A stretch of 64,000 nt of DNA from Kiritimatiellia bacterium (GTDB lineage Bacteria; Verrucomicrobiota; Kiritimatiellia; RFP12; UBA1067). The translations under genes and the position numbers were made by a program. Shown one piece after another: positions 36,714 to 46,649 of this stretch; the first letter of the stretch is position 1, and the number at the start of each line of letters is the position of its first letter. The notes beneath the pieces are model-generated. The model did not search any database. It saw only the letters and a list, made by a program, of their open reading frames with translations, and had not been told where the DNA came from. Where the stretch lies: contig JAZOAC010000132.1 of assembly GCA_045595285.1 (NCBI GenBank), forward strand, positions 456-64,455, written 5' to 3'.

Positions 36714-37747
36714 TTCACCACCTCTTCCAGCATTGAATGCCTCATCTCGATTTCCTTCACCTCATCAGGGGAGAACACCCTGCGGCCAAGCTTCCATTTT
36801 CCGGAGATGTCGTCCTTTTCAACATATTCGCGGCTTACGAAATTTTTGAAGATGCCGCACTTCTTCAGGACGTACAGGTTGAATCCGCGGAGGTGTCCGC
36901 CCGGGACCGTCTCCTTCAGGTTCATCATGAAGAGATATGCGGCGAAAAGGCTGTTCGCCCGCTTGTGGTCTCCGCATTCCAGCGCACTCCATATCTTGGC
37001 AAGGCACTCCGCGTATGCGGCGCGTTCGGATACGAGGCCGCCCGTTCCGAACCTCCTGTACTGGTCGAGCCACCCATAGCTTCCCCATGCGCTGAAGACC
37101 GTCTTGATCTCCGGCGCCGAGGTCTGCGCCGCCATTCTTGCGTTCGCGTCCTCGCCGCCGGTCTCTTCCTTTATCCATCCATAGACCGACGGGAATTCGC
37201 GGGAAAGGCCGATGAGAAGGGACGTATCGGGTATCGGCACCTTCTCGGAGGTGTACGTCTGGATTATGACCGGGCGCTTCGCTATCTTGGCAAGGGCGAC
37301 ATAATATCTGCGGATATCCTCCTGGGTACGGGCATCGTGCGGCGGGCGGGAGGCGATGGCAAGCTTCGTGCGCGGATATTTTCCGGCCAGCAGTTCGACA
37401 TGACGCGCCAGCGCCGCCATGTCCGCCGTGTCGCGCCCCTGGCAGCCAAGCACCACCGCCACGTCGCGTCCGGAAAACGCCTCGGCCAGAAACCCGAAAC
37501 TCTTCTTGCGCTCTTCGACGGACAGAAGATCGATGGCGTCGTTGGACTGAGCCCAGATGAACCCCTTGACTCCCTTCCCGACGACGAACTCCGCCTCGCG
37601 CACGACCGTCGCGCAGTCCACCGAACCGTCCTCATGGTACGGAACCGAGAGTATGGGAAACACGCCCCTGAGCAATCCGGGTTCCGGAGCACCGGGGAAC
37701 GCGGTGTTCGACAGAGCCAGCAGGACAAATGCAATCGTCTTTTTCAT
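36710..37747 (-). CDS. DHDPS/N-acetylneuraminate lyase family aldolase with an apparent signal peptide
   Basis: GVFPILSVPY...DGSVD...IIQTY...WIKEE. Start MKKTIAFVLLALS. Confidence 0.8.
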   Translation of the reverse strand: MKKTIAFVLLALSNTAFPGAPEPGLLRGVFPILSVPYHEDGSVDCATVVREAEFVVGKGVKGFIWAQSNDAIDLLSVEERKKSFGFLAEAFSGRDVAVVLGCQGRDTADMAALARHVELLAGKYPRTKLAIASRPPHDARTQEDIRRYYVALAKIAKRPVIIQTYTSEKVPIPDTSLLIGLSREFPSVYGWIKEETGGEDANARMAAQTSAPEIKTVFSAWGSYGWLDQYRRFGTGGLVSERAAYAECLAKIWSALECGDHKRANSLFAAYLFMMNLKETVPGGHLRGFNLYVLKKCGIFKNFVSREYVEKDDISGKWKLGRRVFSPDEVKEIEMRHSMLEEVVK

Positions 37748-37823
37748 GGCAGAGATAATACCATATCGGCCACACAAAAACATATCTTTTCAACCACAAA
37801 TAATATATCCTTTTACACGGATG

Positions 37824-37832
37824 TGATATAAT
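37824..37832 (+). promoter_or_regulatory. Extended -10 (TGnTATAAT) 8 nt before the xylR-like ATG
   Basis: tgatataatgttccgccATG. Confidence 0.6.
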
Positions 37833-37840
37833 GTTCCGCC

Positions 37841-39064
37841 ATGGACAGAAAACGTATTTTTGCGGCTTTCAGAATGGCCTATTCATCCAACCGCGAATTC
37901 ATCACCGGCATTTCACGGTTCATCCGGCGCAACCGGGGCTGGCATGTGACGCTGGCCGACAACTTCACGGATTTCGACGTCGACCTTCTCTCCAATGTGG
38001 AATCGAACTACGACGGGATAATAACGATCCGTCCGCATTCAAAGGAGGCGATGAACGCAATACTGAAGGCAAAGATCCCCATCGCCATGCTCGGAACATC
38101 CGGGAGCGACTTCAAACCGAAAAGGAACGGGATTGTCATGGTCCGCGGAAACGATATCGCCATAGGTCAGGCGGCCGCCGCGCACATCGACATGCTTGGC
38201 GCATTCCGCTCATACGCCTATGTCAGTACGATTGCGAAAACCTCATGGTCAAAAGCGCGTGAAAAGGGATTCACGAGCCGATTGCGCGAACGGGGCGAGG
38301 TTTCGTCCTTGAATTCACCGTTTCCGGAAGGATCTCCGATGGACATCAAGTACCTCACGGAAAAGATCTCCGCACTGCCGAAGCCCGCCGCGCTGATGGC
38401 CGCATACGACAACCGCGCCATTCAGGTGATTACCGCCTGCCGCACAGCGTCGATAGACATCCCCAGGGAGGTTTCGCTGATAGGGGTTGACAACGACTGT
38501 TTCCTTTGCGACTTCGCGACGCCATCGCTGACAAGCATCTCCACCAATGCCGCCCAAAAGGGTGAAGCGGCGGCGGCTGAACTCGACAGGATGATCAGAG
38601 GGCGGCAGCGCCGCAGCAAGATCATAATCATAAACGACACACGTGTCGTCGAACGTGAAACGACCGCACCAGTATCCCCTTCGAAGAACCTTGTCGAAAG
38701 AGCGCTTCTGTTCATACAGTCGAATGCATCGGCGGATATCCGCCCGCGAGACGTCGTGCGCCACCTGAAGGTGTCGAGATCCCTGGCGGACGAAAGATTC
38801 AGGAAGATGACGGGCCGATCGCTCGGAGAGGAGATAACGCGAGTCCGGCTTGATGCGGTAAAGAAGAAGCTGATCGACACCGACATTCCTATCGGGAGAA
38901 TAACCGAACTGTGCGGATTCACCGCCCCGAACTATCTCAAACGGCTTTTCAGGGATAATTTCGGCATGTCCATGAAACAGTTCAGGGAGGCGAGACGAGC
39001 TGAGGATGCTCATGGCGATGGACGATGCCAAGTGCGCGGATTCTCCGCACGTCGTTTTCCGTAA
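37841..39064 (+). CDS. XylR-type regulator (LacI-like sensor + AraC HTH)
   Basis: LPKPAALMAAYDNRA...IGVDND...PSLTSI; VSRSLADERF...RLDAVKKKL...ELCGF. Confidence 0.88.
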   Translation: MDRKRIFAAFRMAYSSNREFITGISRFIRRNRGWHVTLADNFTDFDVDLLSNVESNYDGIITIRPHSKEAMNAILKAKIPIAMLGTSGSDFKPKRNGIVMVRGNDIAIGQAAAAHIDMLGAFRSYAYVSTIAKTSWSKAREKGFTSRLRERGEVSSLNSPFPEGSPMDIKYLTEKISALPKPAALMAAYDNRAIQVITACRTASIDIPREVSLIGVDNDCFLCDFATPSLTSISTNAAQKGEAAAAELDRMIRGRQRRSKIIIINDTRVVERETTAPVSPSKNLVERALLFIQSNASADIRPRDVVRHLKVSRSLADERFRKMTGRSLGEEITRVRLDAVKKKLIDTDIPIGRITELCGFTAPNYLKRLFRDNFGMSMKQFREARRAEDAHGDGRCQVRGFSARRFP

Positions 39065-41921
39065 GGGGCTTTTTGACGGGATGGATGCTCGGACGCTCGT
39101 GCGCATCATCGGACTTGAAGTGATAGTATTCCTTTTCGCCGTTGCATCCGCCCGGATGGTAGAAAACGGGAGGCGGAACACCTCGTTCCATCATGGACTT
39201 GAGTTCGCCAAGATGCCTGGAGTATACCGCGCGCGGAGTGCAACCGTGTTTTCTGCAGATCGCCGCCGCCATGCCTGTGACTTCGCCGCATACGCCCAAT
39301 GTGCCCATTACGCGCGTCGCGGCGAAAGCGACGTGCGAACAGCTGATGTCGCGCCCGGCCAGAAAGAGATTGTCGCAGTCTCTCGCGTATAGACATCTGT
39401 ATGGAATGGCGTAGGGGCCGTTGTAATGACGATGGTAGGCACACGACCGGAACGGCTCCCTGAACTTCGCCTCATTGTCCGGATCGGGAAAGTGAAGGTC
39501 GATGTTCCATGTAACGGGCGCGGTCAGATCGGGATGCTCCACGTGATTTTCGATATCATTCTGCGTAAGAACATAATCTCCGACAACGCGATAGCTTTCC
39601 CTCTTGCCGCCGATGGGGGAAATCCAGGTGATCTCCCGTTTCGCCCATTCGGCCCGGCGCGGCGAACGGTTCTTGAGATAGCTCCAGTTCGAAAACACGG
39701 CATACAGGCCATAGTCCCGTATCGCCTCGGTGTCATCGGCCATGTCGCGATATTGACCCGCCTCCTGCTCCCATCCTCCTTCCGTGATGTGGTAGACGTT
39801 CGACTCACCCAGCGCAAAGCCCCAGTCAATGTCAGGGAACGGAACCGCCGCCGGAGCGATGCGGCTCGTCCACTGCGTAGAGTGCCCCATGACCTGGCGG
39901 CTCGCCGTCTCTGGCGCACACGATTCGTTGAAGCGGCCGCGTGGCTCCCGTCCGTACATGGTTTCGCATCCCGCCAGACGCGCAACCGTGGCATCTCCGG
40001 TTGCATCCGCAAAAAGCGTAGCGCGATGACGCGTGACCGCGCCCGTGTGCGTATTGCGGGAAAGTACGGCGACGATGCGCCTCCTGTCTGCAGGATCCGT
40101 CTCTACGGCGAAAACATGCTCACGGAAGAACACATCGCAGAATCTCCGTGACCGATGGAGGAAATTAGCCTTGCGAGCATCCTCGTAGAACTCCGGCGGA
40201 AGCGGACGGTTGTTGTTGAAGGCAGGGGCGAATTCGTCCAGGACGTTCCCGAGGTTCGGATATGGAGGCAAATGCCAGCGTCCGCCCAGTCCCACCCGCA
40301 CTTCGGACGAGTTGCATCCGCCGAGAACGTCACGGTCCTGCAGAAGCAGGACGGAAAGACTGTACCGGGCAGCGGTCTGCGCCATGCATATTCCGGCAAT
40401 GCCACCACCGACGACGATGAGATCGTATGACTTCGGATTGTCTGCGGCAACGGACCCGGGACGCGAGAACGGAGGCTTTGCGCAGATGTCGGAGGTGAAG
40501 AGCAGCGCATCGCAGCGTCCATTGAATCCGGTAAGATCATGAAGCGCGACCTTCGCCTTCCCCGACCCGAGATCGAGTTCGCCCGCCTTCTGCCAATGCC
40601 ACTCCCCGCCTTCGGCGCCAAGTTCCGCCCCAAGCATACTCCCGTTCACAAGCACACGGAACCGTCCGGGGGCAGAGCCGCGACCTTCGCGCCATTCGGC
40701 AGCCCAATCGCGCGTCCTCGCCCATACCGCATAGCGTCCGGAAGACGGAATCGTCACAACCGTCTCTGCGTCCGCGACAGGTCTGCCGACACCGTGCGCC
40801 ATCACGTATGACGAGCCCAGTCCCTTCATGGAATGCGGATCCACGACCCAGCCGCCGAGACTGTCGAACGACTCGCACTCAACATAAACCTGCTTTGCGC
40901 CTGCATCGGCAACCGTTGACGTCTCCACCGGCAATGCCGAATCAAGGACATCAATGCCGGAGATGGAGCCAAAACGGTCCGGATCATGGAGATGCCACAC
41001 GACATTGCCGTCCTTGTCGAACTCCACGACCTGCCAGCCGCGCGAAGAATCCGTCGCTCCGTGACCGGTCCAGTGCGCCATGTACACATGTCCGTCAGGC
41101 ATCGGCTTCGGCTGCGCATAGAACAGGCTGCGGCATCCGTCGCGTTCCGGCACAAACCAGGACGATACGGCCCTGCCGTCCTTCCCGAAACGGACAAGTC
41201 CGCCGCCATACCCGCATCCGGCAAGATAGCCTTCACCGGACGTAATCGGAACCACATCGAACAGATTGCGTCCCTTGGGCTGACGGAAATCCCCTACGAC
41301 CTCGCACTTGTCGCCGGATTCGGGGATACGGATCCTCGCGAATCCCTTCTCCCAGGAAAGAAGCAGCGTCCTGCCGTCACGATCCCATTGCAGTGAACGG
41401 GCATAGAAGAATCCCTCGCATCGATACGTCGCGACAAGCGCTCTGTCCTTCGAAAAGCGGCGCAGCAGCACGACCTTATTCTTGTCCGGTCCAGTGCGGG
41501 GATTGACGGACGCCACAAATCCGCCGTCCGGCATGTCACACACGGCGGTAAGCTGGTGAAGAAGCGGATGGCGAAATTCATCCACAACCTTGCGCTTGCG
41601 CAGGTCAAACACCTTGAAGCCCCTATTGCACACGACACGGTAGCGCAGGTCCCCCACTCTTTTCAGGTCCCACATTGGACGTTCCCCGGGGATCGAGAAG
41701 CAGGCCGAAGGATTCCCGGATTCCCAATAATGAAGCCGGGGACGGGATTCATCGGCCAGAACGAGTCTGCGTTCTGCGCCGTACGAAATCCCCGTCCCGG
41801 CTGCGATAAATGCCGCAAGCAGAACACCCGCTGCATTCAGCGGCCGTTCAATGCAGATTCCATTCAAACTCATGCCGGTATCCTTTCCCGCAAGGCCGCA
41901 TCGAAACGGCCTGTCCGTCAA
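38982..41921 (-). CDS. FAD-dependent oxidoreductase (pfam12831-like) with an N-terminal beta-propeller-like extension
   Basis: DLIVVGGGIAG, LGGCNSSE, FADATGD, KRESYR, PYRCLY...NLFLAGRDIS, RVMGT...GE. Confidence 0.85.
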   Translation of the reverse strand: MTDRPFRCGLAGKDTGMSLNGICIERPLNAAGVLLAAFIAAGTGISYGAERRLVLADESRPRLHYWESGNPSACFSIPGERPMWDLKRVGDLRYRVVCNRGFKVFDLRKRKVVDEFRHPLLHQLTAVCDMPDGGFVASVNPRTGPDKNKVVLLRRFSKDRALVATYRCEGFFYARSLQWDRDGRTLLLSWEKGFARIRIPESGDKCEVVGDFRQPKGRNLFDVVPITSGEGYLAGCGYGGGLVRFGKDGRAVSSWFVPERDGCRSLFYAQPKPMPDGHVYMAHWTGHGATDSSRGWQVVEFDKDGNVVWHLHDPDRFGSISGIDVLDSALPVETSTVADAGAKQVYVECESFDSLGGWVVDPHSMKGLGSSYVMAHGVGRPVADAETVVTIPSSGRYAVWARTRDWAAEWREGRGSAPGRFRVLVNGSMLGAELGAEGGEWHWQKAGELDLGSGKAKVALHDLTGFNGRCDALLFTSDICAKPPFSRPGSVAADNPKSYDLIVVGGGIAGICMAQTAARYSLSVLLLQDRDVLGGCNSSEVRVGLGGRWHLPPYPNLGNVLDEFAPAFNNNRPLPPEFYEDARKANFLHRSRRFCDVFFREHVFAVETDPADRRRIVAVLSRNTHTGAVTRHRATLFADATGDATVARLAGCETMYGREPRGRFNESCAPETASRQVMGHSTQWTSRIAPAAVPFPDIDWGFALGESNVYHITEGGWEQEAGQYRDMADDTEAIRDYGLYAVFSNWSYLKNRSPRRAEWAKREITWISPIGGKRESYRVVGDYVLTQNDIENHVEHPDLTAPVTWNIDLHFPDPDNEAKFREPFRSCAYHRHYNGPYAIPYRCLYARDCDNLFLAGRDISCSHVAFAATRVMGTLGVCGEVTGMAAAICRKHGCTPRAVYSRHLGELKSMMERGVPPPVFYHPGGCNGEKEYYHFKSDDAHERPSIHPVKKPLTENDVRRIRALGIVHRHEHPQLVSPP

Positions 41922-41924
41922 TCA

Positions 41925-42791
41925 TCAGAAACTCAGGGACATTCCCATGCCGAACACGGCAAGGTCGCGCTTTGATTCAGGCGCAGGCGAAGCCTTCACT
42001 GCGTCCCGTGCATCTTCGGAGACAATGTCAAACTGCCATGCGAACGCATAGAGTCCGAAACAATCCGTGACCTTGTAGTCCAGACGCAGAACCAGATTGA
42101 GCGCCTGCAATCCCCCATGATAGCGGGATCCCGGCTTGCCGGGCTTTGGTCCGTACTGGGCGGCAAAATGATGCGCGTCTCCAAGTTCACCGAAGAGGTC
42201 AACCGTGAACGAAAGATCCTCCGTCAGGCTGAACGACCTTCTCAGTCCGACATCCCAATAGTTCCAGGGAGATGGACGGCAGCAGTGACGCAACAGCCAA
42301 TACGGAGTGACCCATGGATTGTGCAGGGTTTGGGCGGCATGCCACTCGCAGAAGGTGCTCGCCTTTCCGCGATATCCCGGAAGCGTGACCCACTGGCGCG
42401 CAACCCGGTTCTCAAGCGTCCAATCCTCGGCCATCTCCCAATCGTAGATGTAGTGGAGGTTGTAGTCCACTTCATTGTACGCATTGCGCCTTGACGCCCC
42501 CTGTCCTGCACTGGAAAGCGCCGTCACACTCCAGGCATGTCCGCCCAGTCGGCCGAATCTGCCAAGCTTGACGTCCCCATTGACAAACTGCGCGGAGAAA
42601 GGGTCTGCATTCACAACCGTGCCGCGCGCAAGATATGCGGACTGAATCTCCGCGAATGCGCTTATGGACAGCCACTCGCGGGCATTGTCGATAAAGTTGG
42701 TGCGGGAAGCTGCATCCCCCGCCGCAGACGAATGAAAGGTCGCAAGAGCAAGAGAGCCTGCGACAACCAAGGAACGATGTACTGATCTCAT
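41925..42791 (-). CDS. Outer-membrane beta-barrel protein
   Basis: Signal peptide, alternating beta strands, terminal ...MGMSLSF. Confidence 0.75.
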   Translation of the reverse strand: MRSVHRSLVVAGSLALATFHSSAAGDAASRTNFIDNAREWLSISAFAEIQSAYLARGTVVNADPFSAQFVNGDVKLGRFGRLGGHAWSVTALSSAGQGASRRNAYNEVDYNLHYIYDWEMAEDWTLENRVARQWVTLPGYRGKASTFCEWHAAQTLHNPWVTPYWLLRHCCRPSPWNYWDVGLRRSFSLTEDLSFTVDLFGELGDAHHFAAQYGPKPGKPGSRYHGGLQALNLVLRLDYKVTDCFGLYAFAWQFDIVSEDARDAVKASPAPESKRDLAVFGMGMSLSF

Positions 42792-43936
42792 ATCTCTTTT
42801 CCCCTGCCCTTCTTGGGCTTTACGCGCTTTGTTTTCCCAGAGGTGGATTCGCGCACGACAAGCGGCGCGGACAGGAAAAGCGCCCGTGGCGGGATGTCAG
42901 GGGCGGCAATGCGCGCAATCAGCATTTCCACCGCATGACGGGCGATCTGCGCGCAAGGCTGGCGCAAGGTCGTAAGCTGCGGACTGACCAATGTCGCGCA
43001 ATTGACATCGTCGAATCCGGCAACCATGATGTCGTCGGGCACCCTGTGCTTAAGGTCTGACAGCGTCTTTATCAGCGCCGCAGCCTGAAGATCGTTGTAG
43101 CAGGCAATTGCATCCGGACGGTGACGGCGCAGGAAATTGCGGATTGACTGCGCATCGGAAGGATCGGAGAAGATGGGTTCTGCGGCGAGAAGGAGTGAAC
43201 CGCATCCAAACTTCATGCCCTGCCGACGTTCGTTGACGCACGGAGCGCGGTTCTGCTGCATCAGATATGCCACGCGTTTCGCTCCGGCCTCAATGAGGTG
43301 GGCGGCAAGACGCCGTCCCGCTGCAAAGTGGTCGATCCCGACAAGATCGTACCGGCTTCTGTTCGGAGCCGGAACAATATCACTGTCAAGCAGCACAAGC
43401 GGCACCCCGGCCTCGTCCAACATGGAGCACACGCGGGCATTTACGCTTTTCGCGTTTCTCAGCAGCTCCACAGGCTGAAAGATCACACCGTCCACACCCT
43501 GTTCAAGGCATTCGCGCACCAACGCCACCACCCGCTCGGCCCGTCCGCGGACGCTTGGCACATTCACATCCCCGAGAAGCAGTGAATACCCGTTCTCATG
43601 GCAGATGTGCGATATCTCACGCATGATCGGCGCAAATATCTCGCAGTAGTCGCTGCCATGGACGACAAGCGCAATTCTCCCTGTGCGTCCGGGCTGGCGA
43701 GACACGAACGTCCCCTTGCCTTGTCGCCGCACGACAAGCCCCTCCGCGCGCAGCTCCCATATTGCCCGGAGAATCGTATGACGGGCGACGCCGAAACGCC
43801 GCATGAGCGATACCTCGCTGGGGAAGGGCTTTTTCTTGCCGTACTTTCCGCCAACGATCTCAGCGCGCAGCGTTTCGCAGATCGACCGATATTTTACAGA
43901 AGTGTCTTTCATGTCCAACGCGCAACAGTATATCAC
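42788..43936 (-). CDS. GntR-HTH / LacI-type regulator (AraR-like), paralog of 8637..9698
   Basis: FPSEVSLMRRFGVAR...RQGKGTFV; PDAIACYND...VPDDIMVAGFDD...LTTLRQP. Confidence 0.9.
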   Translation of the reverse strand: MIYCCALDMKDTSVKYRSICETLRAEIVGGKYGKKKPFPSEVSLMRRFGVARHTILRAIWELRAEGLVVRRQGKGTFVSRQPGRTGRIALVVHGSDYCEIFAPIMREISHICHENGYSLLLGDVNVPSVRGRAERVVALVRECLEQGVDGVIFQPVELLRNAKSVNARVCSMLDEAGVPLVLLDSDIVPAPNRSRYDLVGIDHFAAGRRLAAHLIEAGAKRVAYLMQQNRAPCVNERRQGMKFGCGSLLLAAEPIFSDPSDAQSIRNFLRRHRPDAIACYNDLQAAALIKTLSDLKHRVPDDIMVAGFDDVNCATLVSPQLTTLRQPCAQIARHAVEMLIARIAAPDIPPRALFLSAPLVVRESTSGKTKRVKPKKGRGKEI

Positions 43937-44010
43937 GCGTCAAACATGTGCATTCAACTTGTCTAACCAAGTTTTTACAGGCGTTTTCCGATGTGGCATC
44001 CACGATGCCG

Positions 44011-45408
44011 TCAAAGGCTCCAGCCATTGGCGTATGGAGCCATAAGCAATCTATTGAGATCTTCGGAGTTCGGTCCGACGCATACCTCCCGCACAGGATC
44101 CCAACGAAGCCCGGAAAGGCCGAGTCTCACACACATGTTGGCGAGAAGGCTGATCGAAGTGGAACGATGGCCGATTTCACAGTCTGTCGCAATCGGACGG
44201 TTTTCGTATATGCCGTCTATGAAATCGCTCTCGTGGCTATGTCCGCCCGCCGCCTTGTACAGACGCACATCGCCGTCCTTGAGGTCCTTGCCCTCGCGCC
44301 ACTTTTTAAGATGCGCCGGCATGCCGAGTTTAACCGGCTGTCCACTGTACAGGCCTTCGACGAGATCGCCCTTGGAGCCATGATATATCGTCCCCCTGTA
44401 GACGCCTTTTTCCTTGGCGACGTTCGTGACATGCATGCGAAACCCGTTGGCATACACAACGTCGAAATCAAAGAAGCCCGCCCAGGTGAAGAGATCGCGG
44501 TTCTTCTGGAAGCCGGAAACCTTCATGTTCTCGATGGCAACCGGCCCTGTGCGTTCAGTCCCGAGCGCCCACTGCACAGTATCGAGCTCATGGGCTCCGA
44601 AATCCGGAATCATGCCTCCGCCATAGCGGCAGTTCCACCGCCATGCCATCGGCGCATGGATGCCGGGGATGAAAGCATTGCCGTCAAAATGGGCGGCAGG
44701 CCCCTGCCACATATCCCACCCTTCAGATGTGAAATATGGCGGCAACGGCGTTTTTTCGGTGATGACAGGAACTCCCCACAGTCCACCCGAACCTGAAGGA
44801 AGGGCCACACGGCAGCTCTTGCACTCCCCAAGCAGGCCGTTACGCACGATCTCTGCCGCTATGCGCTTGACGGAACTGTTGCGGCCCTGGTTGCCCACCT
44901 GGAACGTAACGCCGGTTTCCTTGGCCACACGCGCCATTTCCCGCCCTTCCGCGATGCTTATCGTGAGCGGCTTCTGGCAATACACATGCTTGCCGGCCTT
45001 CATGGCAGCAATGGCGATCGCCGCATGCCAGTGATCAGGCGTGGCTATGAGCACTGCATCAACCGAAGGATCCCCTGTGACGTCCCGCCAATCCGTGGTG
45101 ACACGGCAGGAATTGTCACCATAAAATCTGTCGATCCGCTCCTTGAAGGTTTCACAGCCGACTGGTTTCCTCCATGCGCCATTCCAGTCTCCGGCCTTCC
45201 GCACGGGATCGCAGCACACAGTGACGCGCACCCTCTTGTCCTGAAGGAAGATATTGGTATTGGACCATCCCATTCCACCGCAGCCTATGACGCCAAGATG
45301 AAGGGTTTCCGACGGCTTCAGGCGCCGCGGAGACACGGAACACCCAATGTTGAAAAATGGCACGGATGCGGCCGCGCCCATGAAGAACTGCCTTCGATTC
45401 AGTTTCAT
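44011..45408 (-). CDS. Gfo/Idh/MocA oxidoreductase with Tat signal
   Basis: NRRQFF; GVIGCGGMG; IATPDHWH; YCQKPLT; DFGAHELD. Confidence 0.92.
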   Translation of the reverse strand: MKLNRRQFFMGAAASVPFFNIGCSVSPRRLKPSETLHLGVIGCGGMGWSNTNIFLQDKRVRVTVCCDPVRKAGDWNGAWRKPVGCETFKERIDRFYGDNSCRVTTDWRDVTGDPSVDAVLIATPDHWHAAIAIAAMKAGKHVYCQKPLTISIAEGREMARVAKETGVTFQVGNQGRNSSVKRIAAEIVRNGLLGECKSCRVALPSGSGGLWGVPVITEKTPLPPYFTSEGWDMWQGPAAHFDGNAFIPGIHAPMAWRWNCRYGGGMIPDFGAHELDTVQWALGTERTGPVAIENMKVSGFQKNRDLFTWAGFFDFDVVYANGFRMHVTNVAKEKGVYRGTIYHGSKGDLVEGLYSGQPVKLGMPAHLKKWREGKDLKDGDVRLYKAAGGHSHESDFIDGIYENRPIATDCEIGHRSTSISLLANMCVRLGLSGLRWDPVREVCVGPNSEDLNRLLMAPYANGWSL

Positions 45409-45534
45409 TTCTGTTTCCTTCTGCTGATAGATGTCATTATTATAACCTTGTTGCGCAGTAGTCGAAAGCCACGAGAGCTTGTAGACCAAAATCTTGGCCC
45501 GTTCGGCAAGCGCAGCTCTTATACCATCCACTGC

Positions 45535-46644
45535 CTACGGACGCACTCCCGATTGTTCCGCTCGTGGAACGAAAGCGAAACATAGTGGATTCCATATTTC
45601 GATACGGGTGCCGACAGGCTCCAGAGTGCAGGCCGAACGGTCGAATCGGTACATGCACACCTCATTGGACCTCTTGTGTCCGACAATCATGTATTTCTCA
45701 TCGGGTGTCAGTTCAAAGTCGCGGGGAAACACGCCGTCGATTGCGGCGACATTGCGAAGCGACAACGTGCCTTTCTCTCTGTCGACAGAAAACAGCGCAA
45801 TGGAGTTCTTCTCGTATCCGCGGTTTGAGGCCATCAGCACCGAACCGTCTGCTGTGAGCTTTATTGCGGCGGCCTTCGACCATTCCGTGAAACCTTCAGG
45901 CAAGGTCGACCACTTGCCGATACGCGAGAAGCCCGTGCCGTCGAACGCAAAACTCATCACGCTGTTTCCGAGTTCGTTCACGACGAAAAGGAACCTGCCG
46001 TCCTTAGACCACACGGCATGGCGAGGTCCGTCGCCCGGATCGGTGCGCACCGTCATCGCCGGTACTGGCTTCATCGTCGCGGACTCGTAGAACAGGATGC
46101 TGTCCTTGCCGAGATCGACGATGCCGACATGCTTTCCGTCCCGGGTGAAGATTGAACAATGCGCATGGGCCTTGTCCTGACGCTTCCTGTCGGTGCCGAG
46201 ACCTTCATTGTCGTGGACGACGGTCACGAGTCCGCTTCCGTCCACGGCTACCGTCCCTGCCGTAGCCGACCCGTAGCAGGCGAAGCCCAGCCTGCCGCCG
46301 TCAGGGGAGATGGAAATGTGGCAAGGCGCTTCGCTCGGCAATGCAACAAGGCGAACCATGTTGCCAAGTTTGCCGTCCTTGAACAGGAACTTCACTATCG
46401 CGCCGCGCTTCTCGCCATCAACAACCTCGCCTACGTACGTATATAGATTTTCCTTGTTGCGGTCGAAACAGAAATAGTTCGTGCCCTGCACACCTTTCAC
46501 TGTCTGAACCAGCGCCATCTCGCCCGTGGACGTGTCGCATCTGAGCACATGAAGCGTCTGACCGTCGGTGGCGCCGACATTGCATCCAACCACGCAATGG
46601 ACTATTGCGGAAAACACAGGGTTCATCTCGTACTCCTCTATCAT
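45535..46644 (-). CDS. pgl: 6-phosphogluconolactonase-like 7-bladed lactonase
   Basis: PCHIS, RQDKAHAH, GDGPRH, VVNEL, SNRG, PRDF. Confidence 0.85.
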   Translation of the reverse strand: MIEEYEMNPVFSAIVHCVVGCNVGATDGQTLHVLRCDTSTGEMALVQTVKGVQGTNYFCFDRNKENLYTYVGEVVDGEKRGAIVKFLFKDGKLGNMVRLVALPSEAPCHISISPDGGRLGFACYGSATAGTVAVDGSGLVTVVHDNEGLGTDRKRQDKAHAHCSIFTRDGKHVGIVDLGKDSILFYESATMKPVPAMTVRTDPGDGPRHAVWSKDGRFLFVVNELGNSVMSFAFDGTGFSRIGKWSTLPEGFTEWSKAAAIKLTADGSVLMASNRGYEKNSIALFSVDREKGTLSLRNVAAIDGVFPRDFELTPDEKYMIVGHKRSNEVCMYRFDRSACTLEPVGTRIEIWNPLCFAFVPRAEQSGVRP

Positions 46645-46649
46645 GCCAA

